64,000 bases of DNA from a virus, in the IMG/VR virus record IMGVR_UViG_3300011443_000001. One strand, 5' to 3'. How positions within the stretch are numbered: the stretch's first letter is position 1; each line of letters begins with the position of its first letter. A model generated the notes under the pieces. The model was not told where the DNA came from, did no database searches, and saw nothing but the letters and a program-made list of their open reading frames with translations. Made by a program: the position numbers and the translations under genes. This document shows, piece after piece, positions 10,688 through 20,463 of this stretch.

Positions 10688-13600
10688 TTAATCTTCGCTC
10701 GGGACAAGTGGAATGTCAAGCTGGCCGGACTTGCGTTGTTCGGTGCGTTGCCGGGCGTCCCGCCCCTGGCGCGAGGCTTCCTTTTTCGCCGACACCGGGA
10801 TATCTAACGTCTCCGGGTGTGCCCCCGGCTCAAGCGACTGGAGCCAGTAAGCGTAGTCCGACTTGGCCGCGCCAACAAAACCGGTCCAGCCATTGTCTTC
10901 CCAGCGCTGCTTCTCCGAAAACCAAACCAGCGCTTGCAACGCGTCGGGCTTCACGCCCATTTTGTCCGCGGCCATTTGAAAAGCCTTCTGTGCGGTCGTG
11001 AAGTTTTCCGCAGAGATGCCCCAGCCGGCCGGCGGCGCCACCCGCCACTGGCCTTGCAACGACTCCGGGGACTGCCCCAGGCGCATTAGAAATCGCGTGG
11101 CCCAGATGTCGATAGTCGCATCGTGGCCCTCGCCCGTCAGGTTCGACAAAAAGTTTTTCACCTTCGGTCCGCCTACGTCCTCGAGCCACGTTCCGGCCAA
11201 AACATCGAGCACGGCGAACGAGTGCATCCCGTATTTCGCCGGTTCGCCGGTTGCGCTGGACTTGCGCTTGGGCAACAGGTCATGTTTGTCCACAAACCAT
11301 GTCAGAAAGTTGTTTCGGTTTTTCTGACCAACGACCGTCGCGTCCGGCTTGTGTGTTCCACCGGTTTCCTCAACCCATTCGCTGACCTCCGGTCCGCCGG
11401 TCTTCCATTCGGCCCGGCCCTCCTTGTATTTTTTCACAAGGCCGTCATATTCGCCGCGTCGGGCGGCGTTCCAGGCGTCGAGCGCGTAGTAAAAATTGAC
11501 CTGCACCCCGTTTTGGGGTGACGTGGCAGCAAGCAACTGGGCAAACAGTCCGGGGTCGGCCCCAAAGTATTTCTTGATGAGCTTGACCGCGTCGTCATAC
11601 CACGTCAGACCCTTGTTCATCTCCGGATTCTTGAGCGCGGTGTTCGCTTCATCCACAATTTTGTCCGACAACGCTTGGGCGATGGCCTCTTGTTTCGGAA
11701 CGCCCGGGTTATTCCGGACTGCGTCGCGCGCGAGCGGCGTCTGGTCAAGCACGGCTTCTTCGTCGGCCGGTGTCAATTTGCCGCCAGTGAGTTTCAGCTT
11801 GTCTTTGGAGTCCCGAACAAACCGCGTAGGATACGCTTCCGGGTAGGCTTTGTCCATTTCCTCGTTGTGCGACTTCGCCGCGGCTTCCGCGGTCTTCGGC
11901 GTAAGTTTTTCCTTGGCCAGATATCCTTCACGCTCGTCACCACCAAGCGCCCGAGCACGCTGAATAGCGGACGGACCGGCCTTGGGTGCGCCCGCGCGAG
12001 GATTCACCGAGTCCAGCATTTTTTCCAGCTCTATACGCGGGTCATCCGCATCAAAAAGCTTGGCGGTTGCTTGGTCCGTTACGTTGCCCTTGCTGTCCAA
12101 AAGCGTGAGCCGAACGTTGTCCACGTTCTCCGCGTTGTCATCCAGAAGTTTTTCGATGGCCCGTTTCTGGGCACCCCTGTAAAAGTCCTTGTTCACTTCG
12201 ACAACCATACGGCCTGCGTAATCGCGAGCGCGGACGAAGCCCTTATTGAGCGCGTCAACGCGGTCCATAACGGTCGCCTCCGACCCGAACGCGGTCCCGA
12301 ATTGGTCGTTCAGTCGGGACGAGTTTTCGCCCAACCACTGTTCGTGGAAATCAGTGTCCAGGCCCACAAACTCACCGTCCGGCAGAATCCAACCCGTCGG
12401 TTTTCCAGACTTAGGCTTGGCTTCCTCCGGCACGTTGTATTTCGAGTAGTCGGTTGCTGCGACCCGCGCCATGGCTTGTTCTTCCGTCTCTCGACCGGCC
12501 GCTTTGCGTTTCTTCGGCAAGTATCCGCCTCGAGTTTCTTCTGCGACTTTTTTCAGCTTGAGCGTTTCACTCAGTCCGTCGAAGGTGGGGACTCGGTCTT
12601 CAACAGTGAAGAGTCCTTTGTAACTGTCACCGACCTGTGGAAAAGATTCGTCCATGCTCGAACGCACCAGGACCGTAGCGTCCGGCTTAACCTGTGCATG
12701 AACGTTGGACAAAATCTGGCCCTTTGCTTCGGGCGTTGTGCCAGCGTCCAGCGCCACGACCACATTGTCATAGTCACCCAGGCGAGCTTCTTCTCCGGCG
12801 CCAGAAAACATTCGGCCTTTGACTCCGGCTTTGTTGAGAACTTTGTTTCCAACCGATACCGCTTCGGGTGCGATGTCCAGCCCGTCCACTCGGCGACCCA
12901 GGTTTTCCTCCAGGAGAATTTGGCTAATAGGCATCGGCCCGCTTCCGACAAATACGACCGAGCCCTTGTCCACCAACTTCGCTTCGTCCGCGAGCGTTGT
13001 CTTATACGAGTCATAGAAAGGGTAGTCGGAGATTTGCTTAGCGCCGGCGATTACCTCTTTCGCGAAGTCGGCTTCCTTGCGGAATTCAGACTCCGGCGTG
13101 AGGGGTTCTTCGGTAAGCATTCCCTTGCGCGCCTCAGCCGCAAAAGGCGCGGTCCGCTCGGGATACGCTTTGCGCCAGCCGGACGGGCCGGCAGCCGAGC
13201 CGCTGTCCGTCGCAGCTTCGATGGCTTCTCGGAAAAATTGTGCTTTGGTCGCGTTGGCGGATGCCTCGTCGAGCGCGTCAAAGTTCCCGGCCTTGACCTT
13301 GGCCATCGACTCCTGGGCCGCTTTGCTTGCGGTTTCCTGCGCGGACAACAGCGCGGCCACGTCGTCTTTGGACTTCAGACCCAGGCCCAGCTCGTATGCC
13401 GTCCGAGTCAGCGAGCCGCTAGGCCCGAAGAATTGTTGCCACTCTTCCGGGGTCGTCTTGTGAACATCCTCGATGGTTTTGGCCACGGGCTGGTCAGTCA
13501 AAAATCCGGCGCGGGCGATGTCAGTAGAACCTCCCCGTCCCGTGATGGAGGGCGCCCGGCGCGCGGTGACAATGTCGGGTGCGTTTAGTCGTTCGACGAC

Positions 13601-16600
13601 CGTGTGTAAATTCTGAACCGGCATTCCGGCCGCGCGAAAACGGTTGCGCAACGGATTGGTTTCGCGCAGCTCCACCGGACCGCGGCCCTTGGTCGCTGTC
13701 TCGGGGTAAACCGGAATTTCGGTGCCCGGAGCGATACGCTCGGACTCCAAGCCCTGGGCCGCGCGGATTTCCTGCGCCTTGATGTTGGCCGGGAGCTGGC
13801 CCTTCACCGTGCGGGCAGTCGCGGGCGGACCCACATCTTTTCCCTGGAGCAGATTGAGCCACTGTTCCTTCTCCGCGCCGAGCAAAATACCTTCGCCCCG
13901 CTCGGCGGGGATTGACGCACCTAGTTCGGCCGGCGGACGCACCAGCGGCTCGCCACCGCCGCGGAAGCCGCGGTCTTGATTGTCCCAGTAACTATTCAGG
14001 TCCGCCATCAGGTCGTTCAGACCGTCGGGGGTCAATGCCCCGTTGGCGTCTGTGGCCCACGGCACCGGCTCGCCCGTGGCTTTGGCCCACTGCACCGTCC
14101 GGTCCACGTTGGCTAAAACTTTGTCCGTGCTGCGCGCAATGAGCTGCGGCATGCCAGACTTCGTCGTCTCCCATCTTGTGGGACGCAATTCCTTGCCATG
14201 AAGTTCGCGCGCCTCGGGCGGCAGCCCGCGGCCTTCTTCAATCTCCACGGCGCGCTCGGGCTCGGTCGCGTTAAACTTCTCGGCCTTAGCGCCGGAATGC
14301 TCAACCTGAAGCCCGACATTCTCGTCCATCGCGCGATTGACTTCCTGGACCGCTGGTTGGTTGGGCTTTCCTTCGGCCCACTTCTGAGCGACTCCGGCGT
14401 TCGTCGTCTCAGCACGACGGGCCGACAAATCTTTCTGCGTGGTCCGAATGGAGCGCGCCGTCGGCTGACCTTCGACTGGCACCGGCGCGGGAGGGGTCGC
14501 AGCCGGGGCAGGTTCGGGTTGGGCCGACGGCTGCTCAAAAAGAGGTAGTTCGCCCTGCGCCGTCACAGGTTCAACGGGGACTTCCACGGGCTTGGGCGGT
14601 TCGGCCGTCACCGCCGGCTCAACCGGCAACTCCACAGCGGTCTTGGCTTGCGCCTGTCGCTGGTTGCGCTCGCTGAGTATTTCACCCGTAGCGTTTTCCA
14701 ACGCCTTGCGGAGACTGTAGGACGGCCGCAAATCCAGCCCAGGCGTTGCCCGGCCGGCGGTCATGTCAATTCCCAGCGCTTCACCAAGCTGGACCGCAGC
14801 ATCCAAAAATTTCTGCCTAAATCCCGACTTCGCCGGCGGCAAGCCCAACGTCTCGAGCGGCGTGTTGTATAACAGGTTCGCCCAGTTGTCCGCGATGAAT
14901 TCGCTACGGGCTTCATCGGGCGTGACCGCACGTCCGAGCTGTTGCTCATAGTGAGCCTGCAACGCATCGAGTTCCTCGGGCTTATACGCTTTTCGAACCG
15001 CGTCGTGCAGCGCTTCGCGAGCCTCGGGCGCCATCACGCTCTCGAGGACGTGGGAAAATTCGTGGGGCGCGTCAGCCGACGACTTGACGAGCGTAACCAT
15101 CTCGCCAACCCCCGCATCGTCGGCCATGAAAATCTTGGAGATGCCACGAGACTGAGCTTCTGCTGCCACAGCCGCGGCTTGCTCAGGCGTCAGCGCTTGA
15201 CCGCTGTTCGCGCGGACGGTGTCGTTCTCGATTGCTTTGGCAAACGTTGCGTCGTCCACCAAAAACAGCTTTTTGCCGAATGGCCGGAGCGTTTCCCGCA
15301 GGCTGTCCACCATGTTTCGGGAATTCTCGGGTGTATGAGATGCGACCTGCTCGTGGACCGTGTTAAGTTCGGTGAAGCCATCATAGGCCGGAGACTGTGT
15401 TTTCTCCCAGGTGATTTGGCCGGGGTCGAAATAGCGCTTGGCCGCGCGCTCCGCGACGGCGCCCTTGACGCCCGCGACGCCGCCATGAATTGCGCCGCCC
15501 ACCGCACCGACACCCAGCAAGCCACCTTGGGGCTCATCGGTTGACAGTGCAAGCGGGGCGGTCGCAGCGGCACCTTTTGCGGCGCCGGCCACGGGCGGTT
15601 TGACAAATGCAGCCGCGGACTTCGCGGCATCCAAAACTTTAGCTCCGGTCGTCGTCTGAAGGCCCAGCGAGAGCTGGCCCTTCGGGGCCGCGCCGGCGGC
15701 TTCGCCAACTTCTTTTGCCACACGACCGCCAACCTCGATAATTTTTCCGGCGCCCTTCACTGCCAGCCCCGTAGACACGGCTTTGATATAATGACCCGAA
15801 CCCAAGCCCGCCGCAGTAAAAGTAGGAAGATGAGCCGCCTTCTGAACGAGCTGTCCGGTTACCTCCGCCCCGCGGCCCACGAGCTGCGCGCCCTTGGCAG
15901 CCGCTTGGCCCGCTTGGCGACCCAAATAATTCAACGCAGCGGTTGCGCCGGACTGGTTGGCCGCGGTAAAAAGAACCTTGCCACCCAGGCCAACGGCCTT
16001 GAGTCCGCCGCCGGTGGCGACGAGCGTAATCGGGTCGGTCAAACTCAGTAGCTTGATGTTTTCCGGGTTGAGTTCGACGCCTTCGCTGACGAGGTCTTTG
16101 ACACCTTCGCCACTCGCGAGACCTTCGACGGTTTCGCGCCAACCGAGGTCTTTGAATAACTCGTTTTTGAGTTCATCGTCAGTAATTTTTCGCCAATCTT
16201 TTTTACCGCCCAGTTCAAAAGCGGGTCCAACCAGCTTGCGGGTGCCTTGTCGGACCATATCCTGCAACGAGCCAACCGCGGTCTGCGAGCCGGCGATGGC
16301 TTCCGCGATTGCTGCTTCCTTCCCATCCTCCGTCATGTTCTCCCACTGGTCGCGCTTCTCCGGGTCAGTGCCCTCGCCGCGGAGCTTCATGGTGACTGAA
16401 TCCACCAGAGGTGCAATAGCAATGTCGCTAATGTTCTCCAGTCGTTTCGGAACAGACTTCAAGATGTCCTTCAGAAGCGGCAAAGTGTCCTTCTTCGCGG
16501 ATTCGTAAGTCTTCTTGAGAGTGACGCCCTCAGCTTGCGCTTCACGATAAGTGTCCAGCGCTTTTTGGTAGCGACGCGGGTCGCTGAAAACATTGTCCTT

Positions 16601-16963
16601 GTTCGCGAAAATGAACTCGTGAATCTTGAAATTCGGGTCACGCGCCAAGTCCTTCGGGTCCCGCTCATCCAGAGCGTCGGCTTGACGCTCGCCCTTGAAC
16701 GCGTCCGAGACTTCCTCTTCGCCTGCAAAAGCGTCCGCCTGCTGCTCACCCGCAAACGGGTCTGCCGGCTGCGCCTTCTCTCCAGGGGCAAGCGGAGGCG
16801 CGGGGATGCCCTTCTTCGCGAGCGCTTCCCGCATCTGCTTGCGGCTCTCAGCAAGCTGCGCCTCCACTTCGGGAGTAATCGCCTGCGGCTCCGCGGGAGC
16901 GGGAACGATAGGGATGTCCGTGAACGACTCGCCCTTCCTCAAGTCTTCGATAACAGACGGCAT
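10688..16963 (-). CDS. Giant polyvalent putative internal/ejected virion protein (HExxH peptidase, NAS-like SAM enzyme, HhH-glycosylase-like C-terminus)
   Basis: 2091 aa; position after tail and ejection genes; HEFSH at about 15050; NAS motifs at 12560-13110; LAATSPQN...TIDIW...QALVW at 10900-11620. Confidence 0.8.
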   Translation of the reverse strand: MPSVIEDLRKGESFTDIPIVPAPAEPQAITPEVEAQLAESRKQMREALAKKGIPAPPLAPGEKAQPADPFAGEQQADAFAGEEEVSDAFKGERQADALDERDPKDLARDPNFKIHEFIFANKDNVFSDPRRYQKALDTYREAQAEGVTLKKTYESAKKDTLPLLKDILKSVPKRLENISDIAIAPLVDSVTMKLRGEGTDPEKRDQWENMTEDGKEAAIAEAIAGSQTAVGSLQDMVRQGTRKLVGPAFELGGKKDWRKITDDELKNELFKDLGWRETVEGLASGEGVKDLVSEGVELNPENIKLLSLTDPITLVATGGGLKAVGLGGKVLFTAANQSGATAALNYLGRQAGQAAAKGAQLVGRGAEVTGQLVQKAAHLPTFTAAGLGSGHYIKAVSTGLAVKGAGKIIEVGGRVAKEVGEAAGAAPKGQLSLGLQTTTGAKVLDAAKSAAAFVKPPVAGAAKGAAATAPLALSTDEPQGGLLGVGAVGGAIHGGVAGVKGAVAERAAKRYFDPGQITWEKTQSPAYDGFTELNTVHEQVASHTPENSRNMVDSLRETLRPFGKKLFLVDDATFAKAIENDTVRANSGQALTPEQAAAVAAEAQSRGISKIFMADDAGVGEMVTLVKSSADAPHEFSHVLESVMAPEAREALHDAVRKAYKPEELDALQAHYEQQLGRAVTPDEARSEFIADNWANLLYNTPLETLGLPPAKSGFRQKFLDAAVQLGEALGIDMTAGRATPGLDLRPSYSLRKALENATGEILSERNQRQAQAKTAVELPVEPAVTAEPPKPVEVPVEPVTAQGELPLFEQPSAQPEPAPAATPPAPVPVEGQPTARSIRTTQKDLSARRAETTNAGVAQKWAEGKPNQPAVQEVNRAMDENVGLQVEHSGAKAEKFNATEPERAVEIEEGRGLPPEARELHGKELRPTRWETTKSGMPQLIARSTDKVLANVDRTVQWAKATGEPVPWATDANGALTPDGLNDLMADLNSYWDNQDRGFRGGGEPLVRPPAELGASIPAERGEGILLGAEKEQWLNLLQGKDVGPPATARTVKGQLPANIKAQEIRAAQGLESERIAPGTEIPVYPETATKGRGPVELRETNPLRNRFRAAGMPVQNLHTVVERLNAPDIVTARRAPSITGRGGSTDIARAGFLTDQPVAKTIEDVHKTTPEEWQQFFGPSGSLTRTAYELGLGLKSKDDVAALLSAQETASKAAQESMAKVKAGNFDALDEASANATKAQFFREAIEAATDSGSAAGPSGWRKAYPERTAPFAAEARKGMLTEEPLTPESEFRKEADFAKEVIAGAKQISDYPFYDSYKTTLADEAKLVDKGSVVFVGSGPMPISQILLEENLGRRVDGLDIAPEAVSVGNKVLNKAGVKGRMFSGAGEEARLGDYDNVVVALDAGTTPEAKGQILSNVHAQVKPDATVLVRSSMDESFPQVGDSYKGLFTVEDRVPTFDGLSETLKLKKVAEETRGGYLPKKRKAAGRETEEQAMARVAATDYSKYNVPEEAKPKSGKPTGWILPDGEFVGLDTDFHEQWLGENSSRLNDQFGTAFGSEATVMDRVDALNKGFVRARDYAGRMVVEVNKDFYRGAQKRAIEKLLDDNAENVDNVRLTLLDSKGNVTDQATAKLFDADDPRIELEKMLDSVNPRAGAPKAGPSAIQRARALGGDEREGYLAKEKLTPKTAEAAAKSHNEEMDKAYPEAYPTRFVRDSKDKLKLTGGKLTPADEEAVLDQTPLARDAVRNNPGVPKQEAIAQALSDKIVDEANTALKNPEMNKGLTWYDDAVKLIKKYFGADPGLFAQLLAATSPQNGVQVNFYYALDAWNAARRGEYDGLVKKYKEGRAEWKTGGPEVSEWVEETGGTHKPDATVVGQKNRNNFLTWFVDKHDLLPKRKSSATGEPAKYGMHSFAVLDVLAGTWLEDVGGPKVKNFLSNLTGEGHDATIDIWATRFLMRLGQSPESLQGQWRVAPPAGWGISAENFTTAQKAFQMAADKMGVKPDALQALVWFSEKQRWEDNGWTGFVGAAKSDYAYWLQSLEPGAHPETLDIPVSAKKEASRQGRDARQRTEQRKSGQLDIPLVPSED

Positions 16964-16966
16964 AGA

Positions 16967-18145
16967 TTACGGCGTTGGGGGCCGGTAGTTTCGATTCACG
17001 AATTTTCGGCCGTCAGGCGACATATAAAACTGCGCGTCTGCCGGGGCCTCCGCGGGCGAATTCACTGTCGGAATGGGCTTCTGCTGAACCGGGGCAGCGC
17101 CGGCGGCAGCGGGAGCCGCGCCGGCCGCGGGAGCCGGCTGCTGTTGTTGACGCTGTGCCTGAGCCGCTTCTCGCTGCTCGAATTCTCGAATCATTTCCTG
17201 ATGCTCCGTGGGCACTACCGAACCAACGGCATGACCGCCCGTGCGCTCCTGCTCGGAGAACTGTTTGATGATTGGCGCCACGTTTGCGAGCTGCCCGTCC
17301 ACCACATCTTCGGACGCAGCCAACAGTTCAGTTCGTTGCTCTGGCGTCAAAATCGTTCCCGCCAGCACTTTGTTATATAAGCCCTTAATCTTCTCGGGCA
17401 CGCTACGCGCGTTTTCCACCGTCGCATACTCGCCCTCTCGAACGGTCGAGCCGGGGTCCAAAATTTTCATCCAGGAAAAAATGGCCGCTTGGTCGCGGAA
17501 CGGCGAGGGATTCTTGGTCGTGTTCAGCGCACGCAAAAGTTTGTTGTAACCCGAATGCACTTTGTTAAACTCATGGACCGGGGGCTGCGCGGTATATTCC
17601 TTGCGCAGCGGGTCTGTCTGGGGAGCCTCCGCGGTCACCGTGCGGACTCCGCTGACCGGCTGCCCAGTCTTCGTGACCATCTGGCCCGTCACCGTCTTCT
17701 GGCCCGTAGGGGTTACCGTGGTAGTCGTCTGCTCCGTCGCTCCAAGCGTGAGCTGACGGTCCAGGTCGCGTTTTTCCCTGGCCTGAAGCGCCGTCTGGAT
17801 ATTCTTCAACGTCTGCGCGGTGTCAACGATTCCATCGGGACCAACAGGAAGTTCCAGTCCCTCGTGCGCTGCCGTATCCGAATGCAGTTTGGACAACGCC
17901 TCAATCGAACCGCCGCGGCGCAAGTTTTCAAATTCCTGGCGGGCTTTGAGCGCATGGCCCTGTTGCAGCACGGGGGACAGCGCCTCTTTGCGAAGCAGGT
18001 CCCGCGCCTGAAGGTGATGAATCAAGTCCTCAGAATCCCACTCGTTTAGCAAGTCGGAGGTCGGCATCTTTGCGAATTTGTCTTCAAACTCTTTCCGATA
18101 CTTCGCGTAATTCGGATGCTGTCGTGAAACATTAGGTCCAGCCAT
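16967..18145 (-). CDS. Putative internal virion (ejection) protein
   Basis: Helical, charged; immediately upstream of the giant protein; ATG at 18145. Confidence 0.6.
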   Translation of the reverse strand: MAGPNVSRQHPNYAKYRKEFEDKFAKMPTSDLLNEWDSEDLIHHLQARDLLRKEALSPVLQQGHALKARQEFENLRRGGSIEALSKLHSDTAAHEGLELPVGPDGIVDTAQTLKNIQTALQAREKRDLDRQLTLGATEQTTTTVTPTGQKTVTGQMVTKTGQPVSGVRTVTAEAPQTDPLRKEYTAQPPVHEFNKVHSGYNKLLRALNTTKNPSPFRDQAAIFSWMKILDPGSTVREGEYATVENARSVPEKIKGLYNKVLAGTILTPEQRTELLAASEDVVDGQLANVAPIIKQFSEQERTGGHAVGSVVPTEHQEMIREFEQREAAQAQRQQQQPAPAAGAAPAAAGAAPVQQKPIPTVNSPAEAPADAQFYMSPDGRKFVNRNYRPPTP

Positions 18146-18147
18146 AA

Positions 18148-18723
18148 TCAAAATCCTCCCCAACCAAAAATATCATCCTCCGCGGACGTAGCCGGCGCCG
18201 CGCTGAATTCACCAGTGCTCCCCGTGAACTCTCGGACCGGAATGGCGTTACCATACTGGTCTGTGGTTCCCGTTATGCCGCTTACACCTCCACCGGGTGG
18301 CGGTCCCATCAACTCACCGCCCCCGAGCGGGGACACCCCGAACGTGGGCGCAGTTGGCTGTCCGGGCGTGACGCCCTGGGACGGCGCAGCCGCGGGTGCG
18401 GGCGGCGTGATAGTCGGGGCAGCCGGAGCGGGGGCGTTGCCCTCTTCCATCTGCAACCCGGTCTTGCGGGCGGTCCCATTCTGCTCCAAAAGTTTTCGCT
18501 TGTCAGTCTGACTGGCCGCAGCGTCTTTGCGCGCCTGCTCTTTGGCCGCAGCGTCCTCTTGCTGGGCCTTTTTCTGGGCTTCGCTCGAGGCAGCTCCGCC
18601 GCCTCCGCCGCCACCGCCCGAATTCTGAGCGAGGTGCAGATTGTTAATCGCCTGAACCAGCGCGTTCGCCGCGAAGGTCTTCGCCTCATAGTTTACTGGC
18701 ACCAGCGGAATGTCTAGGGGCAT
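18148..18723 (-). CDS. Putative internal virion protein, Gly/Pro/Ala-rich
   Basis: 191-aa ORF in ejection module. Confidence 0.55.
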   Translation of the reverse strand: MPLDIPLVPVNYEAKTFAANALVQAINNLHLAQNSGGGGGGGGAASSEAQKKAQQEDAAAKEQARKDAAASQTDKRKLLEQNGTARKTGLQMEEGNAPAPAAPTITPPAPAAAPSQGVTPGQPTAPTFGVSPLGGGELMGPPPGGGVSGITGTTDQYGNAIPVREFTGSTGEFSAAPATSAEDDIFGWGGF

Positions 18724-18724
18724 A

Positions 18725-19993
18725 TTAAGCCTTTGCCGTCTTCATCTGTTTGATTTCCTTCACGAGCGCTTTCACACTCGCCAAGGCCACTCCAATCGCA
18801 TCGACAATGGGGATGGTTTTCGCATCTCCCTTGCCGGAACCAAAAAGCACGTCCCAGTCCTGAGCCATTGGGCCAGTGTGCCGACCCTGGGGAACGTTCT
18901 CCACGTCCTTTTTGTAGTCCCAGTTCGACACCGGCAGCCGGGAAACCTTTTCCAAAATCGCAGACTCGTCCGCGGTCTCGATATTTTCCTTCGAATTCTT
19001 GTCCGACATCATTCCACCGGCCATGCCCATGATGGAACCCATGCTGCCCTGAGACGCTTGGCTACCGCCACCGCCGCCTCCTCCGCCGGCCCCGCCGTAG
19101 GCGCCAGTCGCCGTGCCGCCCCAGTTACCGGCGGACTGATTCAGCGCGGTGTCGCGGATTCGCGCAAACTCCAAGGCGCGCCACGCGCGCAGATTCTTAA
19201 TCTGCGAGTTGATGTCGCGCTGCGCCTGACGACCAGACAAGTCGAGGTTCAACATCTCGCGGCCGGTCAAACCCGTGCCCGTGCCGGCCTCCGTCGAGTT
19301 GGCCAAACCAAAAATTGCAGCCGAGCGCGCCAGACCTTCTCGCTCTGCGGACTGAATCGTCGGGAAAATAGACCCGAGAATCTTCGCGCGGGACTCCGTC
19401 ATCGATTGTGCCGTGTCCGCGAGCTTGGTCGCTTCCATCGTGCGGGCCTGCCGAAGTTTTTCGCCTTCGCTGCCGAGGACTTTGCTCACGACACCGCCCA
19501 CGGTCGCCGCCTGGGGTTTCACCCCCGCCTGGGCTGACCCGCTGACGCCAGCGCGAATCAACTCAGCTTGATATTCTGCCGGCAAGTCGCCGCCCATCGC
19601 CAGCACGTCGTTCGCTCGCGCGATGACGTTCTGCTTGAGCTTGGCCAACTCCGGGTCCTCGTCGATGTTCTCCGCGAAAAGCTTTCGGGCGGTCTTGCTG
19701 GACTCCAGCGCGGACACGGGCGTCTGCGCCTGTGCGAGAATGTCCTTGCGGGCCTGCTGGCCGGCGGCATACATCTCGGGCTCAAACTCCTTCTGAAGTT
19801 CGACTCGGCGGTCAAGGTAGCCCTTGTCGTATTGCTTGACCAAATTGGCAACGCGCTCCAGGTCGTAATCTTCTTTGAGCGCGGTGCGCTGGTCACGCAG
19901 ACCGTTGCGCATGTTTTCATACGCGTCCTTCATCGCGGCTTCGTCAGTGAAGCGCATCGCGATTGACGCGGCAGTTCCGATAATAGCACCCAT
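18725..19993 (-). CDS. Putative ejection protein with C-terminal peptidase S74 (intramolecular chaperone) domain
   Basis: MSDKNSKENI...LPVSNWDYK...HTGPMAQDW S74 signature after a Gly-rich linker. Confidence 0.75.
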   Translation of the reverse strand: MGAIIGTAASIAMRFTDEAAMKDAYENMRNGLRDQRTALKEDYDLERVANLVKQYDKGYLDRRVELQKEFEPEMYAAGQQARKDILAQAQTPVSALESSKTARKLFAENIDEDPELAKLKQNVIARANDVLAMGGDLPAEYQAELIRAGVSGSAQAGVKPQAATVGGVVSKVLGSEGEKLRQARTMEATKLADTAQSMTESRAKILGSIFPTIQSAEREGLARSAAIFGLANSTEAGTGTGLTGREMLNLDLSGRQAQRDINSQIKNLRAWRALEFARIRDTALNQSAGNWGGTATGAYGGAGGGGGGGGSQASQGSMGSIMGMAGGMMSDKNSKENIETADESAILEKVSRLPVSNWDYKKDVENVPQGRHTGPMAQDWDVLFGSGKGDAKTIPIVDAIGVALASVKALVKEIKQMKTAKA

Positions 19994-19995
19994 AA

Positions 19996-20463
19996 TTACA
20001 GTCGTTTACGAAAGCCTAGCTCGATTACTTCGTAGCCGCGCTTTTCGAACATTTCCCGTCCTCCGTCTTTTTCGACGGTAAACATATGACCATGCACAAT
20101 GTTCGTGCATCCGTGGAGCCGGGCATCCCGCTCGGCTTGGTCCAACAAAATACGTCCCAGCCCTTGTCCCCGGCATTCCGGCACCACATACAGAAAAACC
20201 ATCGTCCCGGTCATCTGACCGTTGAACGTGTCCTCCATATACGTCGTCCCGACGACGCCTCGAGGCATCTCGTCCCGATTCCAGTCCGCCGTAATGGTCG
20301 CGTGACCGTTTTTTATGAGCGGAACCCACACGCGCTCCAATGCCGCCATGTCCAGCCGGCCAGGATACTTCACATCATCGAAGTATCGCTGGAACAGCGG
20401 GCGCAGCAAGGGAACCCCGTGCGGAACCACCCGGACCAAACTTAATTCTTGGTTAAGTGCCAC
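19996..20463 (-). CDS. GNAT-family acetyltransferase
   Basis: LYVVPECRGQGLGRILL (motif A) and MFEKRGY. Confidence 0.85.
   Translation of the reverse strand: MALNQELSLVRVVPHGVPLLRPLFQRYFDDVKYPGRLDMAALERVWVPLIKNGHATITADWNRDEMPRGVVGTTYMEDTFNGQMTGTMVFLYVVPECRGQGLGRILLDQAERDARLHGCTNIVHGHMFTVEKDGGREMFEKRGYEVIELGFRKRL

Noticed and set aside
11675-13588. 637-aa + strand ORF and other long opposite-strand ORFs (1967-3679, 27007-28311, 31866-33071, 56998-58539)
   Set aside because: Lie opposite well-supported genes; typical of GC-rich coding DNA, no recognisable motifs
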